Positions 1 to 13,450 of a stretch of DNA of 64,000 bases are shown here, in pieces. Under the pieces are notes generated by a model. It was not told the DNA's origin and ran no database searches. It saw only the letters and a list, made by a program, of their open reading frames with translations. The DNA comes from Leptogorgia sarmentosa (taxonomy: Eukaryota), in the NCBI GenBank assembly GCA_964658305.1, contig OZ210885.1, positions 10,292,001 through 10,356,000 of the forward strand. Direction: 5' to 3'. The position numbers and the translations under genes are program-made. Each line of letters opens with the position of its first letter. Positions within the stretch are counted from its first letter, which is position 1.

Positions 1-3000
1 TTGAACTCCCTACAAACGCAAATAAATATGGTTTTTGCCTTTCGTTTCGTGGTGGACAGCAACTACACACATTCAGAATTAAAGAAGATTTCAAAATTCA
101 TTAGTAAATACAAGCACTGCCACTATTCATCACCAAAAGGCATACGATAGAAATACATTCACCATATATACATCCGTATACATCTGTATATACATTTTAA
201 GCATCAGACCACTTTTTCCATGCTTGTTTTTGCCAACAACAACATGTGATGATCCAGAAAGATTATGACAAGATCTCGAACGTCAAAGAAGAGCTGATAA
301 CAACATCAACAGACAGCAAAGAAAGGTTCTACTTAAACGACACATTTGATATTTCGAGTAAAGGCCCATCTTCCGGCGGCAATTTGTAATTAAGTAACTC
401 CCAACGAAGGGCCTTCGCTCAAAACGTCCAATCTTCTGCTGATCACACATGGCGGGACGTTATGAAGATAAATCTTGCATGAATGTTGCAACATTTTGGG
501 AAAATTTTGTCGAGGCCTTTAATATGTGTTATGCCAGGAACATACAAGATCATGATTGAATGATAATACAATCTTGGCAAGAGCATGGCAAGATCTCGGA
601 TCATGGGTAAGTTGTGGCAACAGAATGGGAAGATCCAGCAAAATCATGAAGATTTAGAAATACAGATACAAAAGGAGATAAAGATACAAAAGGAGAGAAA
701 CTACCCACAAAAAATGAAATCCTAATTTTAACATTATGTTGAAATTGGGTTAATGTGTGAGTGCGATGACTGATTATCGACAACCAGCAATTTTTTTTCC
801 ACTATCTACATATTAAATGATGCCACAAGGTTTGACATTTTGAACAACTGGGCTCTTTGTCAGGAAATATTGTGGGAGATGAGAGACACATGGGGTTATA
901 TACAATTGCATTAAGTAATCTATATATGTAGGTGACTAAAATAAAAACCATATTGGAAAACCATTGACAACAAAGATGTTAATATGTTCACATTCATAAA
1001 AATAATATGTGCACTTTTCCTTAACTATCAACACTGATTCTCGATCAAGGAGCACCTCATGCTTGTCGATTCTGTTATCCGCTGGTAATACTGACCACAT
1101 TCTGAAGTTTGTTACTGGACAATTAACTTACCTTAATTTATTTTATAATCTCAGGAAACTAAATGTTCTAATTTGGCAGCCTTGATTCAGGTTGAAAATC
1201 AAGTTTTTCACACAATGTATTGTTGTTGGATGATGTCAACAGGTGAGCCAATCACATTTCTATAAGGGGATAAAAAAATGGGGCAGAGCCAGTGTTAACT
1301 TTCACAAGAAATCAACAATTTCATTGATGTTTCATAGACCAACTAAATGTTGTGGTCCTACTTTATTATAACATGACCCAAACTAAAAAGTATAGTATAT
1401 ATAATACTAAAAAGTATAATATATCATTGCCCCCTCCCCTTGTTCTCCCCCACCTCCCATCTATACTCTAAGCTATCGGCAAAGTACAGGAATATATAAT
1501 AAATGAGATAATCAATGTGAGGATTATATCTAGCTACCATGTTTAAGACCTGATTATGACCAGGGATGGGAAATAAAACACTTAATGTTCTTTGGCAGTA
1601 TCTGTGGCAGTTTGATTTTGTTTGGACAGTATTATATACCAACTGAGCAATAACAACCAACCATCTGCACAAATACAAGATAAATCTACATGAACTTAAA
1701 GTCATTACTCAACAAGTGACTTCTATAGCTCGGTCGGTCAGAATGCTGGTCTGGAATCTCATGGTTACAATTCCTGACAGTCAGGTTTTATAGATTCAAA
1801 CAGTTTATAAACTTATCATAAGCTAACAAATCTGACAATGAAAATTAAAGTAAAATGTGCGAGAGGCAGGGGGATTTTTCCAGTAAGTGGCAGAAAGAAA
1901 CTCATGTCTAGCTTGACAGTTTATGTACATGCAAAATGGAAATTAAGGAATGAAAACATGTGGGCAAAAAACATGCATGATTTGTTTTGCAGTTTCAGGC
2001 CCAGTCATATTCTTTCTGCAATAAAATTAGGATTTCACATTCAATGCATTATTTTCAATCAGCAATTCAATCCATCCAGATTGAAATCAAAATCAAAATT
2101 GACTCAATCCAGAATGAGTTGTAACTCAATTCAGATTGATGTAGTCAAATCTAATCCAATCCCTTATTAGCCTTATGATTTCAAAACACAAATGAAATAT
2201 GTAGATCTGATCTAAACCTGAGGTAAAAACATGCTAAATTCAATTGTGACACTTGAAATTTGCAGTGAAATATAACATCAGTATGTAAATCAATATGGTT
2301 TTATAAAACTTCACTCAATGTGAAAATTTTTGAGGGGAGTTAATGTGTCTTAATATTGAGTAAAAATTATACACATGCTGGGACAGTTGCTGCAATGTAT
2401 TAAAATCCTCCAAAATGTCTTTTTGTCAAATTTCTGGTTGTGTAGTTTTTACTTTTTGATGGGTGTTAAGTGTAAAATACATTTTTTTTAATAGAGAAGC
2501 AAAATGCATGTAATATGGGGGTCACATATATTGTGTCCCTGCTACTAAAATCTTGAAGGGAATGGTAATTTCATCAGCCCAGGAGATTGACATCCTTGTA
2601 ACATCAAAACATGATTGAATTCTTGTGGTATAAAACAGCTATAAATATATGTAACACAAAACTTGTTTGCTGGGCAAATAATAGAATTGTCTTCACTATT
2701 TAATAAATTTATATTAAGCATAATATAATTGTACTGAAAGAATGTGGGTTTGCAGAGCAAAAGCTAGAGGTTTTGGTGGCGTTTTTAGAGCAAGTAAAGG
2801 CCCTGTGTAACAGGGAATGCTCTGGACTTATGTGCCATGCTAGGAATCACCAGCTAGGTCACAAACTACTGATGCAATATACAACTTGATGCATGCTGTA
2901 CTACAGTATAAAGTCAATGATGATAGGGTTAGAGTTTCTATATCATTTATTAATGTATGTCTGAACACAGCTCGGCTTAGTCACTGCCAAGAAATTTGTA

Positions 3001-4466
3001 TGGAATGGGCTGGAATGCCTTAGAGAAGCTGTAGGAAAAATCATTAATGAAGGGGACAAAATTAGCCACTGAATTCACCAAAGTGTACAGTATATATTGT
3101 AATGAGAAGGTGAATTTTGATAGACTTCTATCAGCCAACGTAATTGCTGATATTATTTCACTAATATTAAATCATGATTGTAACCTTGTCATATGAAATG
3201 CAGCTATAAATATTTGTAAGCAAATCTTGCTTAGTAAGCCATATTCCCCTCATGAGCAATTTCTATTAGCATTAGTAATATCAGCATTGAACAATTCCGT
3301 GTTAACAGAGCGAAAACTTTTAGGTTTTGGTGGAGTTTTCAGCAAACAAATTCTGATAGTGTAACGTACAGCATGAAGATTTAGCTTCCGGCTTTGGTCC
3401 TTCGCAGTTCGTTCATTATTTCGAGCATATTATACCTATTTGTAACCTTATTACGGTTGAATATATTTGTTCCGTCATTTGTGTCGTTCATGTCTAACGT
3501 ATTTTCCTTTCAAGGGGTATATTGCTTTCCTAACACACGGCATCTTCGCAGCTCTGTGACGGGAAATCCTACGGGAATTTCTTTGGTTTACTAGACATTT
3601 AAATCAAACTCACCTCGTTTCTTATTCCCTGTCCCGCTTTCAATTACTCGTCAATGTAGTATGATTCCGATTATATTGACAGAGAACGAAATACATGAAA
3701 CTCACTGCTACAATAAAGCACAGACTGGCTAAAATATTAAAACTCTGAGTGTAATCAGAACATGGCTTGAGAAAAGGGGAAATCCCTTTCAATTTCCGGC
3801 AGATTAAAATTCAGCCTGCGAGAACTTGAGAATGCCTTGGAAAATAGTTTTAAAATTCCTTGAATTTTCCTTTAGTTTCTATCAATATGTCACTTTGATT
3901 TCTCTATCGTGCTACCATCAGACGTGAAAGTCAAAGATATTTTATAATCATATTGTATACAAAGAGAAAATGACGGTAACACATCTATCTAAGGCTTAAA
4001 ATGTCGCTAAATCATAAAATGTCCCCAGTGCCAGTGGATCGATTTTCGCCCTACTTGTCAGCGTCAAATGAAACTTCAAATTTACGCTATTTGAACAACC
4101 AATTGTACTATATTGTGCCGTCATTAAGGCAAAGACTTCTGTTCCCGAATATAATCTCCTTTGAGTTTCAAAACGAAAGCGGAAATTAATCTTTAGGCTA
4201 TGACATGGCAGATTCCTCACTGTTGACCATGATATCTATTTCTACTACACAAGTATACGCCTCCCATAATTATCAATTGCATTGAGGAGAGCACCTAATA
4301 ACATAGGGTCAGGCTACCTTGACGCTCGGGTGTTCCTCGGTAATTATCTTCGGAATAATATTTAATTTGAATATTTTAATACTCAATACATTAGGTAATG
4401 TCGAGGGTGATCGGGGGACGATCGCCGCACGTTCCGAACAGTTTACGAACCCCGAGGTAGCCTGAC

Positions 4467-5175
4467 CACTGAGCTATACTTAGTATATCTGGAGATCGGG
4501 CTCTCCACTTTGAAGTGTCGCCAAAAACATGGCGGATTTTACGTCACACGTCCCCTATTCTCATGATGGTAATTACTGACCACAGTTGAAGTGTGTGCAG
4601 GCGCCGTTTCCAACCCTCCCTGGATTTTACGGTACGATTTTATATATAAATATATACTGCATTGCTGTTTTGATATTTTTTCAAAGAATTGAGATAAAGT
4701 ATTAAAATTCTCTTACATCTCAAAAATATATTGTTGTATTTGTCGATGTACGCGCCTATAAATACCGAACGCGATTGATTAAAGAGGAGTTGAGCACTTG
4801 ACAAAGGAGTTGTGACATCCGTAATTTATCTGAAATTAAATGTAGTTCAGCAAATAAGTGACCGACCGTCGCCAACTATGTGTGCAAAAACGCCGCATGT
4901 TGATAATCAACAAAATTCAACGAAATATTGTTTTGAATTTAAAGCTTTGACGTGATATTAGCTGGTATTTTAGTATTTTATTTTCAGACAGGGGGGTGAG
5001 AAAACTGCTCACTTTCGGCAATGTTATTTGGTCAGTGGTCAGTCCCCTGAAATAGGGGACTTACTACGTCATAATGACGTAAATTTGGTTAAAATCCGCC
5101 ATGTTTTTGGCGACACTATTTTGTACGGCGTTGTATTACGACCCGATCTCCAGATATATTAAGTATAGCTCAGTG
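4467..5175. mobile_element. MITE with 34-bp TIR and 8-bp TSD (hAT/P-like)
   Basis: TIR CACTGAGCTATACTTA(G/A)TATATCTGGAGATCGGG; TSD AGCCTGAC on both sides; empty site at ~40680. Confidence 0.88.
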
Positions 5176-5585
5176 AGCCTGACCCTATGTTATTAAGTGC
5201 TGTCCTTGCGATTAAATGGGTTCATTTCAAAACATTTTTGGACATAGCTAATAAAAAATAGGTACACAACGCGCACATGTACTGCGCCCAGCTTACTAAT
5301 AAAATTATATATGGCTATGAAATAGGCAAATTGCGCAAATACCGATTCATAAAACTTGAGGTTGTCCTAGTTACAGTTTTTCAGTACATGATATAAGTTT
5401 CGTGACTACATCGCATTCTAGAATTCTGTTCATTCACGCAACATTGGCGTAGAAGACGTTAATATATATGACCCGTATACGCGTAGATACAAAACAGGAT
5501 ACTTTAGACTATATAAGATTTCCTTTGTTTTGTTTCACGCTCATCTAAATTGCACAAACTCGTTTTATTACAAAATACAAAATAC

Positions 5586-6112
5586 TAACACTTATTCCGA
5601 AGGTCTGAGGGGTATACGAGATTTACCCCTCGAAGCCTGGAGCCAGAATTCGTATCCCCCGAAGCGCGAAGCGCTGAGGGGGATACGAATTCTGGCTCCA
5701 GGCTGAGAGGGGTAAATCTCGTATACCCCGACAGACCTTCGGAACAAGGATTTTGTCTATCACCGAGCTATAAGCAAATTTAAATTTCACGAAACAAGTC
5801 ATACACCTTGTCGGCACTGAAAGTAACCTATTCTTCATAGTTTTCAATCCGACGAGCCTTCAAATACGCACCCAACTTTATATTTGCATCGTTCTCACTT
5901 TTTATAGTGTTTTTGTTATGCAAATCTTGTCTTTTCTGCGTTAATTCTTCGTCAGAAATTAGATTTGCATTGTTGTTGGGCGCCATTTTGAATAAATTGC
6001 CGGGGGAAAAATCCGTATCCTGCTGGAGCTCACGCTCACAAAAGGATACGAGATTTATCGATTCTGTTTCGACCAATCAGATTTGTCTATTACTGTGAGG
6101 TGATAGACAAAA
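5586..6112 (-). mobile_element. Palindromic non-autonomous element, Crypton-like, with a truncated ORF
   Basis: ~160-bp hairpin at 5588-5750; 14-bp inverted repeat TTTTGTCTATCACC (5751 and 6099-6112); absent from copy B at ~41630; SDEEL...KNTIKS...GAYLK resembles Crypton recombinase N-termini. Confidence 0.6.
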
Positions 6113-6341
6113 GGTATTCTCCTGATTTCCTGGTGTTGAATGTTTCAACAATTCTGTATGACGAGGCGTCAAAACATTTGCATATATTGCGTGAACACTA
6201 TATGACACTGCCGACAGTCCAAGCATGTACAAATATGTCAATGCCGACACGCTCAAAGTATCGTAGGCATGAGGTTACACGTTGTGTGAGGATTTTAGTT
6301 GCAACTTATATTTATAATATTCAAGACGTATTAGATTTCAA

Positions 6342-8187
6342 CTAGGTTACCCACAGGGTAGGAAATGCTGCCTTGGCGCAAGCTGTAGTCATCGAAAGTA
6401 TTACAACTCAAAAATGATATCAATAAAAACAAATGGAATTATTATGGAAATTTTACAGAATGAGTTAGTTGGTGAAAGTTAAATGTAATGTATATATTTA
6501 TTATTGCAATATTGTAAGATCTAAACGGGACCAGTTGCGATAAAAACCGTATAAATATTACACTGTTCTTGTTTAGGTCTTTTTGCATAACCGTTTTGTC
6601 GGTCAACTTGTATGAATCGACTTTAATAGGATTGAAATAGCTCTTTATAAACATAAAAATAGGTACACAAAGTGTACATGTATCGGCGCCTATGTAGCTT
6701 GGTTACCAACGGTGATCAAATCTTATTTAATTTGTTTTCGGCTTTTCGACGCACGCACCTTATCTGTCCCTAATACGCGATCTTGCATGTATAAAATGGT
6801 TTACTGCTGGGGAATAGGCGAATAGCGCAAATACTAATTCCTTTCAAAACGTGAGGTTTTGCGTGGTTAAAACGTGAGACGTATTCAATACTTGATATAA
6901 GCTTTCATGACTATCTCGCATTCCGGAATTCGCGCGATCATCTCAAATTGCGTAAGGAATTGAAATTGACGACATATGATATCGCATTTCATGCGTCATT
7001 TTATTGCGTCTTTAAAATAGAGACAGCGCTTTGCGATAATGCGATTGTTTGTGAAAAATGTGGCTTTCTAAAAACCAAATTACCCTTTTCAAAACCATAT
7101 AATAATGGTATATTTATATACAGTATATTCTGTCCATTCATGCAGCATTTGCCTAGTCGTTATGCGCGTAGGTTCAGAACGGAATACTTGAAACTATATA
7201 TGATTTCGTTTGTTTTGTCTCGCGCTTAATAAACGCACAAACCCGTTTTATTACAAGCTACGAAATCTATTTTCCTGGGATTGAATGTTTCAACCATTCT
7301 GTATGGCGAAGCGTTAAAATATAGTAGATATTCCGTGATCACGATGACACCGCGGGCAGTCCAAACATGCATGTATAGTGCGACAGTGCCGACACGCTAA
7401 AGTGTCTAAAGTATCGTAGGGAAAATATACGCGCAATTGCGTATTGTGTCAAGACATAAACCTTTTTAATAACCTTAAATATTCGCCGTGTTCAAGGTAA
7501 TACAATGCATAATTTGCGTCATGATATTTTTGCTTTGATGATTTAAATTCCATAGCAAACCTCTTTGATATCTTCAAAAGCAATCAGCAATGCGGAGCCA
7601 ATGTATAATTTGCGTCATGATTTTTTTGCGTATAAATTTCCCTAGTAAATAGTGTTGTAAAAACGTAAATGCTTAAAAAGTAACACTTGTCGCTGCGGCC
7701 ATTATATTTTCTTCTTATCTGGTTATTCATGCGAAATAAAATCCACGATCAAAGTGATCAAACGAACCACCACTCTTTGGCTCGCGCCAATACCAGCCGC
7801 CATTTTGTAATATTTAGCCCGCAAGAACTTGCTTTGCCCTAGTATTTTCCAGACACGCACAAACACACACACAACCCGATAGCAATAATATTGACGAACT
7901 GTCGTCTTAAATAACAACGGTAACGTTGTGTTAAAACCTGTGATCAGATTGGAATGGATTATAAAAAATATCCATGCGGCCGTGCCGGCCATTCGTATAC
8001 TGTAGTCACTGTACGAAACGGGAAGAATTTACAGTTGAGAGAAGTCCTGCAAATGCGGGTCGAACACCCTAAATTTACTGGTACCGTCATGCAATGCGCC
8101 AATAGAAAATTTTGATTTTGATCCACAAGACAAAATTAGGATCTGCTGCCTTGCTCGCTCGCTTCAGGCTCGCTCGCTGCGGCAGCA
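6342..8187. mobile_element. Non-autonomous Helitron/Helentron-like insertion
   Basis: Absent from copy B at ~41858; no TSD, A-rich target; left end ACTAG with TACCC/GGGTA hairpin; subterminal TGCTGCC/GGCAGCA inverted repeat; GC hairpin at the right end. Confidence 0.65.
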
Positions 8188-10364
8188 ATAAGTATATACA
8201 ATTAGAACGCATCCCTGTCTTGTCGTGTCCCAGCTATAAAATCATGTAAATGCATATAAATATCACGTGTAAAACTGTCACCTGTCAACATTGCATTCGA
8301 AAATCTCCCATATTTATCGAAGGTTTATTTCAGGGTTTTTTTTACTATATTTCAAAAATTTCACTTACAGTCTGCATTCCACATTAATCGAGTTTGTGAA
8401 ATTCAGGTAGAGTTATGACTTTTGCTGCCTTTATTTCACTAAATACATCACAGTTGCCCACATTTCACTAAGACTTCTGCTCTAAAATATAATCTAGGAG
8501 GCTCAAAATGAAAGTGGAGATTAATCACAGTCTACGTAGCCAAGAGCTATGCGATACTACCCCCATTAGAATCTCTAAATTTTTATCCTAACTACAGCGC
8601 GCAACTTAAACTTCATCTGATATACCAGAAATATGATTTTTAAATTTTGCCCATTCACTGCGGATCAGTATAGATAGTATCGTGCAAAATATAACGCGAA
8701 ACCTGCTCAGCATAAGCAATTTTGTGTGGCATTCTTGATCGGTAACCCCTTCGATTTGTAAGCGTGGATTATACGAACTGACGAACAGTCTTCCTATATT
8801 CTTGTTAGCATATTATAACCCAGCAAAAAATTGAGAAAGCTACAGCCCACTCTGGGCCATGGGCTCTACTGCGCTTGTAGAAAATAGTTCGAATTTCTCG
8901 TATGATATTTTTAAAGACTTTGTATTCTAGTACTCTACATTGCAAAGGCATAGGAAAAGGAAAATAAAAGCGTAAAGATTTTTGTTCCATAACAATGATC
9001 TTCTATGAATTTAATTGAGAAGAAGAACGCGTGGTGAACCCATGAGTAAACACACTAAATTGCAATCCATCTTCATCCTGTAGGTCATATTAATTATTAT
9101 TCACATTTTCTGATGCCTACAATTTTATTTGTCAAATGGAAACCACTTTCTTGTTTACTCATACTAACTTAATGTAAAACAAATTTCATACGCAGATCTT
9201 GATCAACGTATTTTTCAAGTTAAATCCTCACTACATACATATCACTTGAGTGGCAAGCTAAAACATTACATCTGGCAAATATCTGTCTCAACGCGTCTTT
9301 GCGCACAATAGCTAATCTCAATGGCTAAATTTGAAGGTCAAGTATGTTTGATATTATTGTAGCTACGATCTTTTCAGTGATGTGAGATAAAGCAAAACAG
9401 AAAAAAGATGTAATAAATGTTTTCGTGATTGTAATAAATGTAGTGGTGTCCAAAAGAATGAGGCCGTAGTTGTTATGGAAAATTCGCATTGCGAACATTT
9501 CTTTGAAGCCGCGACTCATATGAAATGAAATAATGATATTTGATACGAATTGCGTTTATAATGTGCTGGACTGACACAGCGAGCTAGCAACCGAAATGTT
9601 TTGCATTGCATGAAGCGCATAAAACGTCTTTAAGGCAACATGAATGCTCACTCCAATAGCTGCACTTAGGGATGGAAAATAACCACTCATTCAATGTCGT
9701 CTCTATCAATCACGTTATTCATTTATAAGTAGAACTGCTAAATCTTCTAGTCCGACTAAGTCTACCTCGAGGTCCGTAAGTCCATAAAGCTCCGCGTTTT
9801 TGTATCGCAGCTGATTAAACCCTGATTTACGCCTGCGTTGTGCATATATCAATTTCTCATTTTTAAAGTAATTTCTCAGTAATTTCAATTCATCATTCGT
9901 ACCAACGTCACTATAAAATAAAATCTAATTTTCTAAAATTTGATACACTCGCGGGTGTCTTAGCACACAGCCCACTTCGTTCCTTCTTCAGATGGTAACT
10001 TCGAAACCGTAGAAATATAGCATGCTGCTCAAGTTCAGTGACCTGGTCTGGCAGAAACATTATCTGTATGTACATTTACTATAACCCTGTGTATAGTAAA
10101 TCTATGAATCTATAAATCAGACCTTTCGGTGATTTCCCCGAATAAAGGCAACTGATACTTGTAGGTGAACAGCAGATATCTCACATCATAACATGTACAG
10201 TGAGAATATTTCAGCGCATATTATGAAATTTCACACTAATAATCAGTCGTTATATCAGTGCATTATGTAGGAGCGATATGTAAAAATTATGTTATGTTAA
10301 CCTTTTCAGTTTAAAACCTACAATATATTGCTGCAAATACTTCCAAATCATTCTGAGTCATGTC

Positions 10365-11665
10365 TCCTAACTATACAGCGAGCAACTTAAACTTCATCTG
10401 ATATACCAGAATATGATTTTTAATTTCTGCACATTCACTGCGGATCAGTATAGATAGTATCGTGCAAAATATAACGCGAAACCTGCTCAGCATAAGCAAT
10501 TTTGTGTGCCATTCTTGATCGGTAATCCCTTCGATTTGTAAGCGCACATTATACGAACAGTCTTCCTATATTCTTGTTAGCATATTATAACCCAACAAAA
10601 AATTGAGGAAGCTACAGACCACTCTGGGCCATGGGCTCTGCTGCGCTTGTAGAAAATAGTTGGAATTTCTCATATGATATATTTAAAGACTTTGTATTCT
10701 ACTCTACATTGCAAAGGCATAGGAAAATATCCGCGAGTACACGCAGTCTGCATTCCGCAGTAATCGCATTGGCCGAGTCAAGCTAGGAATGTTACATTTC
10801 GATCGAAATATTTTTAATACAGCAAATATCGTTTTATGTCATAACGTACAGTCTTTACCGTGTAAAAGTACGAAACATAAAAGCGCAAAGATTTTTGTTC
10901 CATAACAATGATCTTCTGTGAATTTAATTGAGAAGAAGAACGCGTGGTGAACCCATGAGTAAACACACTAAATTGCAATCCATCTTCATCCTGTAGGTCA
11001 TATTAATTATTATTCACATTTTCTGATGCCTACAATTTTATTTGTCAAATGGAAACCACTTTCTTGTTTACTCATCCTAACTTAATGTAAAACAAATTTC
11101 ATACGCAGATCTTGATCAACGTATTTTTCAAGTTAAATCCTCACTACATACATATCACTTGAGTGGCAAGCTAAAACATTACATCTGGCAAATATCTGTC
11201 TCAACGCGTCTTTGCGCACAATACCTAATCTCAATAGCTTTGAAGGTCAAGTATGTTTGATATTATTGTAGCTACGATCTTTTGATCAGTGATGTGAGAT
11301 AAAGCAAAAGAGAAAAACGATGTATTAAATGTTTTGGTGATTGTAATAAATGTAGTGGTGTCCAAAAGAATGAGGCCGTAGGTGTTATGGAAAATTCGCA
11401 TTGGGAACATTTCTTTGAAGCCGCGACTCATATGAAAGGAAATAATGATATTTGATACGAATTGTGTTTATAATGTGCTAGAGTGACACAGCGAGCTAGC
11501 AACCGAAATGTTTTCAATTGCATGAAGCGCATAAAACGTCTTGAAGGCAACATGAATGCTCACTCCAATAGCTGCATTTAGGGATGGAAAATAACCACTC
11601 ATTCAATGTCGTCTATCAATCACGTTATTCATTTATAAGTTGAACTGCTAAATCTTCTAGATCTA
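10365..11665 (+). repeat. Local direct duplication of ~8585-9750
   Basis: Near-identical sequence; duplicated spurious ORFs MSRGFKEMF... at 9325 and 11231; third copy at ~42205-43160. Confidence 0.88.
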
Positions 11666-13031
11666 GTCTGGCTCATTTCGAAAGCAAATATTTGTGTGAA
11701 CGCCAATCAGAACAAATATTTGTACGGATTCGTTCCAGTTTCCTTTTATCGTTGACACATCATTTAAGCCATTTGTATATGTTTAATATAGCGCAGTTGT
11801 CTGAAAATGAATCATTTTGTATTTCTATTTACTACAATACTATTGTTAACTATCTGGTGTGGCGATGCTTAACATGGCTTTACTCGTGCTAAAATCCAAT
11901 TTTCATCGAAATAGAAAACGAAAATTTAATGAAATTGTCCAAGATACCTCACCAGCCCTATATGGCTGCAAGGTTGGCTAAATGTGGCGCTGCCGCTTAA
12001 GTCCGAGCAACGCCCGAGCAAAGTCCGAGCAAATCCGTACTCTGTCGAACAACGACTGAAATAATTGATCCGCACCGTGTAAATGGGGACCCAATGTGGC
12101 AAATATTTGTATCAGTACAAATACTTATCCGGACAAAATTTTTATGTGGTGCCGTGTAAACGGGGACCGTAACCCCTGAGCTAGCGAAGCTCTGCAAAAT
12201 TGCCGGTAAAAACCTTTTATATGAATAGATTTTGCAATACAACATAATAAAGTAAATGAATGCTTAGTAACCAAGCCGCGAAGTGATCCCAAAAAATTTA
12301 TCTGCCGGCGCGAAGCGTCGTCCGGGCGTAAGCTAGGGGCGATCGAGGCCGGGTAAAATTTCGGAACGGCCATTTACTCCCGAGCAAAGGACAAAACAAA
12401 CTGTGGACAAGAAAGAGTGAACAGAATGTTTTTTCAACGAGCAAATCAATTTTATCAATAATATATCATCATATATTTCTTAAAATACAATTTTTGTTCT
12501 TTCAGTTTACAATTTTTCGCAGAGGTTCACAACGCCCCGCTGCGAAAGCCGTATTAGCCAATCGGATTGCTTCATTTTTACGAATAAGGATGATCATTAT
12601 CAGACACATCGCAACTTGTTTCAATTTGTTCAAACTGAACGGTTGTTAATTACGTCCTTAGGGACATGACGTTGACATGATGGTTAAGTTCAGACTGTTA
12701 TATTAAAGATGCAACTACGATTTATTGGAGCATTCCATGCAGCTAAAAATTTACTGTATGGAGAGACATACCAAAAATTAGAAAACAAATATATATATAC
12801 TCTACTAAGGGCGCTTTCCATTGCAGTCGCTTTGCCATCTCGTAAAAGTCAGTTGTACAGCGCGCACGCCAAGAAAGTTGAAGATGTAAGAAGTAAGCGT
12901 GTCCCCGCGGGCAAAATCAGACAAGGAACGCTAATATTCAACACCCTTAACGAAAAGTAAAACATGTTCGCTCAGCTCGCGCGGGCAAAACGACATGAAG
13001 ACATGAGACTGACCTGAAAGGTCATAGATTG

Positions 13032-13450
13032 TCAGGGAACTATCACGTATTCAAGTTCTTTCGGAGAATCACTACTTCCAGTTCCATTGCTACTCATGTT
13101 TGGTGTAGAATGCTGTTGAAAATCTTTGTGTGGTTGTGCTTGATATTTCTCAACAGTCAAACTTTGATAATTTGCAGCAATAGGAACTCTCTTCGATTTG
13201 TCAAGTTGTGCGTACGGCGATGGTTCTTCGTATCCACTTTGGGAATCTGGTATTTGCAGTAGATCTATACGTGGTGACAAGACGTCGTCATAACCAGTAT
13301 TTTCATTATTCTCAATATTTCTCTGGTTTGTTATGACTGTTTTTCTTTTGAAGAGGATACACACTGTGAAAATAACTACTGCCACTGCAACCACAGCCGC
13401 GACTACGATTCCAATGATGATGCCGATGTTGATCGATGAACTTGGTTTAA
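13032..13450 (-). CDS. Terminal exon: transmembrane helix and cytoplasmic tail with several Tyr motifs
   Basis: [26 protein letters not shown] followed by KRK stop-transfer; YDDV, YEEP, YAQL, YQSL and YVIV; ends at TGA. Confidence 0.85.

Larger units (their letters stand above)
4251..10128 (+). repeat. Dispersed multi-kb repeat, copy A (with nested insertions)
   Basis: Colinear high similarity to 40470-43528, from AAGTATACGCCTCCCATAATT to CTATAAATCAG...ACCTTTCG. Confidence 0.85.

Noticed and set aside
395..435. CCAACGAAGGGCCTTCGCTCAAAACGTC, a Penelope-like hammerhead remnant
   Set aside because: Both conserved boxes are mutated
1715..1790. tRNA-like A/B-box sequence (possible SINE head)
   Set aside because: No cloverleaf and no second copy in the window
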